Assembly (NCBI RefSeq): GCF_963921235.1 | Contig: NC_086109.1 | Span: 31,684,001 to 31,748,000, forward strand | Direction: 5' to 3' | Length of the DNA stretch: 64,000 nucleotides | Source of the DNA: Mobula hypostoma | Lineage: Eukaryota | Part shown: in pieces, positions 1 through 9,870 of the stretch | Numbering within the stretch: position 1 is the first letter of the stretch | How the letters are laid out: every line of letters starts with the position of its first letter | Program-made: the position numbers and the translations under genes | The notes under the pieces: model-generated | Database searches by the model: none | Told to the model about the DNA's origin: nothing | The model's input: the letters and a program-made list of their open reading frames with translations, nothing else

Positions 1-260
1 CTCCTCTCTATCACCTCCTCACTCTCCCTGACCAGACGAAGGTCATCGAGCTGCAGCACCAGTTCCGTAACGCGGTCCCTTAGGAGCTGCATCTCGATGC
101 ACTTGGCGCAGATGTAGACGTCCGGGAGGCTTGGAGACTCCAGGGCCTCCCACATCCGACACTGAGAACAGCAAACTGCCCTCACAGTCATAATGCCCCT
201 CTCCTCAAATAGCAACAGAAAATGAATGTCAAACCTTCCTCGCCTCGCCCGCTTCCGCCT
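1..260 (-). mobile_element. CR1 LINE 5' region, ORF1 N-terminus (runs off left edge)
   Basis: Minus strand from ATG at 191 reads MTVRAVCCSQCRMWEALESPSLPDVYICAKCIEMQLLRDRVTELVLQLDDLRLVRE: CxxC..CxxC plus leucine zipper typical of CR1 ORF1; homologous to decayed ORF1 at 6462. Confidence 0.85.
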
Positions 261-459
261 CTTGGTGCTCCAAATGCTAGAAGATCTATTTTAACCAGGT
301 ATCACCAGTAACATCCCAACACATAGGATGTGAATGGGGTGAGAACCTACCTTGAGAATGATCAGCGGTCCAGGTGGAACCTGTGCACGATATCACCTGC
401 AGACAACATCTCCCTTAGTCATGGTTCACCACTCTCAATTCCCCCTGGAATTCAGTTGT

Positions 460-1100
460 TAGAACGTAGAACATGGAGTAGTATGGCACAGTATGGGCTC
501 TTTCACCCTCAATGCTTTGCCAAACTGTATATGCGTACTGGGCTGGCCGGTGCTGTAGTGCCATCAACACTGGACTTCAAAGGGAGATGGTCCTGAGTTC
601 GAATCCAGCTGGGCAGCAGCAGTATCTGCGTGGAAGAAAAGCCTGGCAATCTACTTCTCTATGGACAACTACACTACGCTTAGGGTCGCCATGACAACTC
701 GACAGAAGTCAACAACAACATATACATACTGTACAATCATTCCAACCTGTCCCTCCTACATAGCCCATAACTCTCCATTATTGATTACAACCATGCACCT
801 ATCCAAGAGTCTCTGAAGTGTCCCTATTACATCAGCCTCAACCACCATCCCCAGCAAATGCATTCCAGGCACCTAATGCTCATTTGTGTAAAATAACTAC
901 CTCTGATATCTTCACTAAACCACCTTCTGCTCACATTAATAGTATGTCCTCTTTTGTTGGCCCCTGCCACCCCTGGAAGAAGGTGCTGGCTGTGCACTCT
1001 GTCCATGCCTCTCAGAATCTTATACACTTCAATCAAGTAGCCTCTCATCCTCCTTCACGCCACAGAAAAAAGCTCTAGCTCACTTAGCCTTTCCTCATAG
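460..1100 (-). mobile_element. CR1 LINE 3' fragment, split by a SINE
   Basis: ORF 827..1048 MRGYLIEVYKILRGMDRV..RGH matches the ORF2 C-terminus of the 6824..8503 ORF. Confidence 0.85.
541..720 (+). mobile_element. tRNA-derived SINE with RTE-type (CAA)n tail
   Basis: A-box-like TGCTGTAGTGCC, B-box GAGTTCGAATCC (595-606), 3' GGGTCGCCATGA..ACTCGAC..CAACAACAACA; degenerate TSD TATATGCGTACTG / CATATACATACTG. Confidence 0.75.
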
Positions 1101-2079
1101 GTCATTAATTCTTGTTCATAATTTGGCCAAACCTGAAACAAGCTATGCAAGCACATGGTCCTGGTAACAGATGGAGGTTCTTTCACCTGAAAGAACTTTA
1201 GATCTCTTTCTGCAGAAGTTACCTGAGTTGCTGTGTTGTTCCATTTTTTTTTTGTTTTAGACTTTTCTTTTGGTTTCCTGCATTTGCAGTTTTGTTGATT
1301 TTCTAATTGAACATAGATGAACTAATTACTGGTGATAAAGTGGTAAGTGATAGAACTGTCACCAACATTTACCATCACCTTGGTGATGACAAAATGTGGA
1401 CAAATAGAATAATTATTAACTGGATTGGATATCTCCTGCATTTTGTAGGCACACCATAACTGGGGTGCAGTCTCAACATATTCAACAATCATAGATTTAA
1501 TCCAACATATTCAATAATCAATGATTTTAGGGATCTGACAAATGAGTATCAAATGGTAATCTTATGGGATGATACTGCAATTATCACACAAAAGGAAAAG
1601 AATTTGAAACATTAGCTTCAGTGATGAAATGTGAAGCAACATTTTTTATTCTCAAATGACAATGGGTGAATATTGGGAGACAAAAATAAAACAAGATGCT
1701 AGAACAAAGCATAAAATGCGGAAACAAACTGCCAATGACCAATGAGAACGAAGTGGCTGTCTCTGAGAAGGAAGACCAAGCAAAGTTAGGATGACTACAT
1801 CAGAATCAGTTGTGACTTCCTTAGATTTTGGACTAAATCAATAATATCTGGGAGAGAATTATATAGGGGAGGTTTATTAAAAACAAGGCAGCATTTGTTG
1901 AACTTTGAAAGGATTTTTTAAATCTGCCTTACTTAAGGTTCACCACTTGAAACTCCCCCTGGAATTCAGCTGTTAAATGTTTTAAATAGATTCAAAATTT
2001 TGTGCAGAGAAATAGATTTACACCATTTTACATTCAGTTACCTCAGATGCAGCACTGTGCAAAAGTCTTAGGCATAAAT

Positions 2080-2916
2080 ATGGTTCAGATGGTGCATTTA
2101 TTATTGGAGAATCTACACAGTATACAACCTCAAATACTTGTCTTCGCAGACATCCTCAAAAAACAGAAGAACCCCAAAAGAATGATCCCCAAAAGACAGA
2201 AAAATGTCAGAACCCAAATGTGCCCTCCCTCTCCCAAGCACAAGCAGCAGCAAGCATCAACATCCCCCCTCACCCCCGCGCCTGTTTCAGTAAAACTGTG
2301 CCAGCACCCACAACCCACCCAGTAACAGCAAAGGACTCAAAGAGGGACCATGATCTGCAGTCAACAAAAAATAAAATACTACCTGCTGTTCGACATGCCA
2401 CAAGCTCTCTCTCTCTCTCACTAACAAGGACAGAGAGATATCACCCATTTTTCACAGTGAATGGGGAATGATGTCACTGTTACAGTCTGCTACACTGTTT
2501 TTTTATACAGAGATTCCCAGTGTGAGAATTGACAGCAAACTCTCCCCCCACCGAGAGAAAGAGGGAGAAAATGCATCCATTCGGCTACAGAGACCTCCAT
2601 CCATACATCCGCCACAGCAAAATCCTGATGTTCCTTCTCCTGCAACGCCTCAGCTTGGCAACACCGGCCTAGAATCGGTCTTCCACAGGGCCACGTCCTG
2701 GAGGCTCCATCTTCCAAACTGTGCCTGAAGAATGTCGGAAAATGGTCAGCCGATGAGCTCCAGGAGCAGGAAGTCATCCGCCATAAAAAAGTACACTTTG
2801 GGTGCCAATTGGATAAAACCACAACCATCTAGAAAAGGAAAAAGAGACATTAAAGCGAGTATTTTAATCTGTTTTCGGAGAGGAGCTCGAAGAGGCAGCC
2901 ACTCGGCACCATCTTA
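2080..2916 (-). mobile_element. Non-coding non-autonomous retroelement (AAGATGG 5' start, Rex1-like 3' tail)
   Basis: Minus strand starts AAGATGGTGCCG and ends GAAGACAAGTATTTGAGGTTGTATA..AATAAATGCACC; related to 15412-16205 and 56340-57148. Confidence 0.65.
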
Positions 2917-2956
2917 AATCTGTACTTAATGCAATTCTATATATATATATCTATAT

Positions 2957-3186
2957 TGGGACTTTGAGACTTTTTTTTTACCGTGCCCATGATCTGCTCT
3001 TTATCAAATTACGGTATTGCTTTGCACTGTTGTAACTATATGTTATAATTATGTGGTTTTGTCAGTTTTAGTGTTGGTTTATCCTGTGTTTCTTGTGATA
3101 TCATTCTGGAGGAACATTGTATCATTTTTTAATGCATGCATTTCAAAATGACAATAAACGAGGACTGAGTGTCCTCATAATCTAAT
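2957..3186 (+). mobile_element. Unclassified non-LTR retrotransposon 3' end
   Basis: Homologous to 14440-14670; ends AATGACAATAAACGAGGACTGAGTGTCCTCATAATCTAA. Confidence 0.6.
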
Positions 3187-3284
3187 GTTATATATATATA
3201 CCGTAAAACTTATTTTTTAAACTAGGAAAAAACATTTATACATAAGGAACTATGTAGGTTAGGGACGTATCAGTTAATTTCCAG

Positions 3285-3550
3285 AGTATGGGATTTATGT
3301 TTGATCCTAGAGTTTGCACATTCTCCCTGTAACACCATGGTTTTTTTCATGGCATTTCCTTCCATATTGTAAAGGTATATGGTTTGGTATGTTAATTAGC
3401 CATTAGTGTGTAGGTGAGTGGTAGGATTTAGGAGGAGTTGCTTGCTGGAAATGTGGGCAGAATAAAATGGTATTAGTGTAAATGGATACTTGATAGTAGG
3501 CAAAGTCTTAATGGGCTGAAGGTTGTTTCTGCACTGGTTGACTTTATAAC
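3285..3550 (+). mobile_element. Decayed V-SINE (HE1-like) with CR1-type tail
   Basis: GAGTTTGCACATTCTCCCTGT V-domain-like core and 3' ATGGGCTGAAGG tail. Confidence 0.6.
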
Positions 3551-4914
3551 TATCCCTGATATGCTGAAATTTAGTTAACCATTTATCTTGAAATCAAATC
3601 ACACTACAGGCTGGGATCCCATGAATGCTTGAAAAATTAATTTGCCAGCCAAATCTGTAATTTTGCTTGGGAGTATTAATCAATATAAAGTTAATGGAGT
3701 GAACCTCTGCTAAAGTGGTAGAAAGGAATTTCAAATGAAGACATCAAACACTATTTAGAAATAGTGGCACACAATACAACTGCTGGGATTTGGGCTCTTT
3801 ATCGTCCAACATGACATTGTGCTAATATATTGAATTAGCCTCTGTTAAATTTAAATTTGCAACATAATATATCCCAGAAACTGATTCCATTTGGCAACTA
3901 GTGGACAAACCAAACTATAACATTGTGAGTAGAGGAGCAATATTTTCTGTTTGTCACAATTTGGGCTTATTGCGAAAAGGTTTCATATATAGGAGAAATT
4001 ATCCAGGTATTTGAATGAAACTTCAGGCAGTCAGACATAGTGTATATCAGAAATTCAAGTGCTCACTGTGCATGATTTTCCAATCATTAAGTTTAGATGA
4101 TCAAAAGCAGAAATGCATATAGCTTATGTGCTTGAAATCCTTGTTTGCTGTCTTGGGAATTTGCATGAAATTCCCAACACAGTCCATTAAATGCAGACTT
4201 GCATTTTTTTGTGATTTATAAAGTCTTTCATCACTGCCCTTTCCTGTGCTCTCCATTGTTCGACTACAGATGGAGCGTTAATATATATTTCTATGGAGAC
4301 TAGATTACAAGACACTAAAAAAAGTTATTCTTTCAGTTTTTGAAAGACAAAATTTTCAGAAATGAACACCAAGTAATTGGATTCGTGGACTCCTTTCAAA
4401 CTGCATTTTTATGTTGCAACTCAGTTTAACAATTTACAATTTTTTACTGGAAATCTATCAGCACAAGCATGGTAAAATGACTAACAGCTTCTTGTAGTAC
4501 CAATAAAACATGAAATAACCCCACTGGGAGCATACAATTGAAATCACTTGCAGCTCAAAGCTCCTATCAAAATTGAGAAAATATCAACAAATATAATGTT
4601 TCTTCTCTGAAAATTAATACTTTAACCCAAGACCGATTCACGATGAAACCTTGAGTTGCTGCTGAACTCCTCAAGGCTGAGTCTTCAAGCTAATTTATTC
4701 CTCTCTATTTAATTATTTATATCTACACCAAGGGTAGATTCTATTGAACAAATTGTGTTGGGAATCCGCTTATCAGCATTAGCATTTTTGTTTTGTTAAC
4801 AAAAGTTTGTTTGTCATAATTTTCCATATTTCCCAATGTGCTTTATAACCAATGAAGCTCGTTGGAAAGATCAATACTGTTGTAATTCAGAAGGCACTTG
4901 AGTTAAATAGAGGC

Positions 4915-5112
4915 ATCAGAGACAGTAGATGTTGAAATCTAGAGCAATAAACAACCTGCTGAACTCAGCGGGTCAGCCTGTATTGGTGGGGGGGGGGGGG
5001 AGGAAAGAAAATGGTGTTGGTGCATGGCTTCGACTTGAAGCATCAACACGTTCCTTTCATTGCACAAACGCTGCTTCACCTGCTAAATCCTTCCAGCAGA
5101 TTGTTTGCTGGA
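4915..5112. mobile_element. Two decayed PLE terminal-repeat fragments in inverted arrangement
   Basis: GAGCAATAAACAACCTGCTGAACTCAGCGGGTCAG at left; approximate reverse complement CCTGCTAAATCCTTCCAGCAGATTGTTTGCT at right. Confidence 0.55.
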
Positions 5113-5500
5113 CATCAGTCTAATTTGAACATCAAGCTTGCTTAAACCATAATTTGATGTTAATCACGTCATCTGTTTTGAAGTGTCGAGGAATGGATAA
5201 ATTTTGACGATGATATTGGTGATATTTCTCTTGGAAATAGCACTATATGATTTTTCAGCACCCTGGGAGAGCAGATGAAATTTTGGACAACTCATATGGA
5301 TGACAGAACCTTCAAACAGTGCAGCAATCATTCAATACGGCACTGGATTAGGATACTTGCTACTCAGTAGCAAGTCTTTGAAGTAAATAACCATCTACTT
5401 TAGATACAAAAGTTATACCAAAGTAACCACAGCTGATCGATCCTCAATCCTCCTCTTCACCCCACCATCCCTAATACCCCAAAACATACACACCCACCCT

Positions 5501-5800
5501 AACACACAAAATGCTGGAGGATCTCAGCAGGCAAAGCAGCATCTATGGAAAAGAATAAACAGTTGATGTTTTGGGACGAGATCCCTCATCAAGACAGGAG
5601 AAAATAAAGATGAGAGGTCAGAGCAAGAAGGTGGGAGGAGGGGAGGAAGAAACACAAGGCAATAGGTGAAACCCGGATGTGAGGGGAGTGGTGAAGTAAA
5701 GAACTGGGAAGTTGTTTGGTGAAAGAGATACAGGGCAGGAGAAGGGGTAATCTGAGTGGAGAGTTCAGAAGGCCATGAAAGAAAGAACAAGGGGAGGAGT
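5501..5800 (-). mobile_element. PLE terminal repeat (pLTR) with degenerate hammerhead
   Basis: Homologous to the 35349-35700 end of the RT/GIY-YIG element; minus strand TTGATGA..CCCAAAACATCAACTG. Confidence 0.8.
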
Positions 5801-6040
5801 ACAAGTAAAGAGCATTATCCAGAATGAAATGTTATTACCTTCAGAATTCCGTTTACTTGAACTTCAAATGAATGTTAACCCTGAATATGACGACTTTTCC
5901 CTGGATCACTGGAGAGGAATTGGTTTAACTAACTGCACAATTGTCAGAAAATTGACCATACTGTATGTTTAAAACCAGTCCAGATACAGTAATTTAATTA
6001 ACTGAAGTATGTAATGTATGTAAAGTAATGTAAGTATGGC

Positions 6041-6280
6041 AGTTTTAAACAGTGGGCAGGGACAGTTGGAATTTATCTGCAGGACAGGAGATTGCAGAGA
6101 GCTAGAGACAGTTCCTTGTGGAGTTTATGTGCCTTTTTAAAAGAGTGAGAAGAGCCTATTGGGACTTGACTGCAGAGCAGGAGATCACAGAGATTTGGAG
6201 TCTGTTCCTTGTGAAGTTTACATGCCAGTTTTCAAACGGAGGCTGGATTTGTCGGGATTTGTCTTCAGAACAGGAGATTG
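6041..6280 (+). repeat. Diverged 93-bp tandem repeat (about 2.6 units) upstream of CR1 ORF1
   Basis: CAGGAGAT at 6085, 6178, 6271; GTTCCTTGTG.AGTTTA..TGCC repeated in units 1 and 2. Confidence 0.8.
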
Positions 6281-6723
6281 ATTGGGTTATGAGTAACTTA
6301 GCATGGGCCAATAAAAAGAAGTGAGGTGTAAGTGGAGTGGTCATTGTTCGAGTGTGCCAGGGTTAGAGTGGGAGGCTTTGGCAAGAACATGTGGAGGCTC
6401 TAAGTAAATTTCAAGTAAGGTCTCTTTCTTTGACTATTAGTAGACAGCTAGTACATTGAAAATGAATCAAGGGTTAGTGATATGTACTTTATATGAGATG
6501 TGGGAACTCTGAGAGAACTTTAGTCTGCCTAATAACTACATCTGTATGAAGTGCATCAAGCTGCAGCTCCAGGTGCATTAAGCAACTGTGTGATCTTCAG
6601 CTCATATGGGAGAATTCAGTGATAGATAGGAGCTTCAGGGAGGCAGTCCTCCCCAAGTTGCAGGAAACAAGTACTTGGGTGACTATCAGGAGATAGAAAG
6701 AGAATAGCCAGACAGTGCAGATT

Positions 6724-9700
6724 ACATAGAAACATAGAAACATAGAAAATAGGTGCAGGAGTAGGCCATTCGGCCCTTCGAGCCTGCACCGCCATTTATT
6801 ATGATCATGGCTGATCATCCAACTCAGCACCCCGCCCCAGCCTTCCCTCCATACCCCCTGATCCCCGTAGCCACAAGGGCCATATCTAACTCCCTCTTAA
6901 ACATAGCCAATGAACTGGCCTCAACAGTTTGCTGAGGCAGAGAATTCCACAGATTCACCACTCTCTGTGTGAAGAAGTTTTTCCTAATCTCGGTCCTAAA
7001 AGGCTTCCCCTCTATCCTCAAACTGTGACCCCTTGTTCTGGACTTCCCCAACATCGGGAACAATCTTCCTGCATCTAGCCTGTCCGATCCCTTTAGGATT
7101 TTATACGTTTCAATCAGATCCCCCCTCAATCTTCTAAATTCCAACGAGTACAAGCCCAGTTCATCCAGTCTTTCTTCATATGAAAGTCCTGCCATCCCAG
7201 GAATCAATCTGGTGAACCTTCTTTGTACTCCCTCTATGGAAAAGATGTCTTTCCTCAGATTAGGGGACCAAAACTGCACACAATACTCCAGGTGTGGTCT
7301 CACCAAGGCCTTGTACAACTGCAGTAGTACCTCCCTGCTCCTGTACTCAAATCCTCTCGCTATAAATGCCAGCATACCATTCGCCTTTTTCACCGCCTGC
7401 TGTACCTGCATGCCCACTTTCAATGACTGGTGTATAATGACACCCAGGTCTCGTTGCACCTCCCCTTTTCCTAATCGGCCACCATTCAGATAATAATCTG
7501 TTTTCCTATTTTTGCCACCAAAGTGGATAACTTCACATTTATCCACATTAAATTGCATCTGCCATGAGTTTGCCCACTCACCCAACCTATCCAAGTCACC
7601 CTGCATCCTCTTAGCATCCTCCTCACTGCTAACACTGCCACCCAGCTTCGTGTCATCCGCAAACTTGGAGATGCTGCATTTAATTCCCTCATCCAAGTCA
7701 TTAATATATATTGTAAACAACTGGGGTCCCAGCACTGAGCCTTGCGGTACCCCACTAGTCACCGCCTGCCATTCTGAAAAGGTCCCGTTTATTCCCACTC
7801 TTTGCTTCCTGTCTGCTAACCAATTCTCCACCCACACCAATACCTTACCCCCAATACCGTGTGCTTTAAGTTTGCACACTAATCTCCTGTGTGGGACCTT
7901 GTCAAAAGCCTTTTGAAAATCCAAATATACCACATCCACTGGTTCTCCCCTATCCACTCTACTAGTTACATCCTCAAAAAATTCTATGAGATTCGTCAGA
8001 CATGATTTTCCTTTCACAAATCCATGCTGACTTTGTCCGATCATTTCACCGCTTTCCAAATGTGCTGTTATCACATCCTTGATAACTGACTCCAGCAGTT
8101 TCCCCACCACCGACGTTCGGCTAACCGGTCTATAATTCCCCGGTTTCTCTCTCCCTCCTTTTTTAAAAAGTGGGGTTACATTAGCCACCCTCCAATCCTC
8201 AGGAACTAGTCCAGAATCTAACGAGTTTTGAAAAATTATCACTAATGCATCCACTATTTCTTGGGCTACTTCCTTAAGCACTCTAGGATGCAGACCATCT
8301 GGCCCTGGGGATTTATCTGCCTTCAATCCCTTCAATTTACCTAACACCACTTCCCTACTAACATGTATTTCACTCAGTTCCTCCATCTCACTGGACCCTC
8401 TGTCCCTTACTATTTCTGGAAGATTATTTATGTCCTCCTTAGTGAAGACAGAACCAAAGTAATTATTCAATTGGTCTGCCATGTCCTTGCTCCCCATAAT
8501 CAATTCACCTGTTTCTGTCTGCAGGGGACCTACATTTGTCTTTACCAGTCTTTTCCTTTTTACATATCTATAAAAAACTTTTACAGTCCGTTTTTATGTT
8601 CTCTGCCAGTTTTCTCTCATAATCTTTTTTCCCCTTCCTAATTAAGCCCTTTGTCCTCCTCTGCTGAACTCTGAATTTCTCCCAGTCCTCAGGTGAGCCA
8701 CTTTCTCTGGCTAATTTGTATGCTACTTCTTTGGAATTGATACTATCCCTAATTTCTCTTGTCAGCCACGGGTGCACTACCTTCTTTGATTTATTCTTTT
8801 GCCAAACTGGAATGAACAATTGTTGTAGTTCATCCATGCAACCTTTAAATGCTTTCCATTGCATATCCACCGTCAATCCTTTAAGTGTCATTTGCCAGTC
8901 TATCTTAGCTAATTCACGTCTCATACCTTCAAAGTTACCCCTCTTTAAGTTCAGAACCTTTGTTTCTGAATTAACTATGTCACTCTCCATATTAATGAAG
9001 AATTCCCCCATATTATGATCACTCTTACCCAAGGGGCCTCTCACGACGAGATCGCTAATTAACCCTTCCTCATTGCTCAAAACCCAGTCAAGAATAGCCT
9101 GCTCTCTAGTTGGTTCCTCGACATGTTGGTTCAAAAAACCATCCCGCATACATTCCAAGAAATCCTCTTCCTCAGCACCTTTACCAATTTGGTTCACCCA
9201 GTCTACATGTAGATTGAAGTCACCCATTATAACTGCTGTTCCTTTATTGCACACATTTCTAATTTCCTGTTTAATACCATCTCCGACCTCACTACTACTG
9301 TTAGGTGGCCTGTACACAAGTCCCACCAGCGTCTTCTGCCCCTTAGTGTTACGCAGCTCTACCCATATCGATTCCACATCTTCCCGGCTTATGTCCTTCC
9401 TTTCTATTGCGTTAATCTCTTCTCTAACCAGCAACGCCACCCCACCTCCCCTTCCTTCATGTCTATCCCTCCTGAATATTGAATATCCCTGAACGTTGAG
9501 CTCCCATCCCTGGTCTCCCTGGAGCCATGTCTCTGTGATCCCAACTATATCATAATCATTAATAACAATCTGCACTTTCAATTCATCCACCTTATTACGA
9601 ATGCTCCTTGCATTGACACATAAAACCTTCAGGCGCTCTTTTACAACTCTCTTAGCCCTTGTACAATTATGTTGAAAAGTGGCCCTTTTTAATGCTTGCC

Positions 9701-9870
9701 CTGGATTTGTCGGCCTGCCACTTTTACTTTTCTGCTTTGTACTTTTTGCTTCTACGCTCACTTTACACCCCTCTGTCTCTCTGCACTGGTTCCCATCCCT
9801 CTGTTGTGAACTAACCTCCTCACGCCTAGCCTCTTTAATTTGATTCCCACCCCCCAACCATTCTAGTTTA
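6724..9870 (-). mobile_element. Young 5'-truncated CR1 LINE
   Basis: Complete EN+RT coding region, 3' tail of (TTTCTATG)n repeats at 6724-6750; host ORF1 rejoins across it (GTGCAGATTA|CCCCTATGG). Confidence 0.97.
6824..9869 (-). pseudogene. CR1 ORF2 (APE endonuclease + reverse transcriptase), single 1-nt frameshift
   Basis: EN motifs VNARS, ITETWL, YRPP, GDFN, SDHN; RT motifs LDFQKAFD, GVPQGSVLGP, FADD. Deleting one A from 8572-8577 joins the two track ORFs via KSFYRYVKRKRLVKTNVGPLQTETGELIMGS. Confidence 0.95.

Noticed and set aside
541..610. tRNA gene
   Set aside because: Only A/B-box remnants with no complete cloverleaf; continues into a SINE tail. Same for 29170-29236 and 50440-50495.
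1474..1530. Short tandem duplication CAACATATTCAA.AATCA
   Set aside because: Two units only; ordinary slippage.
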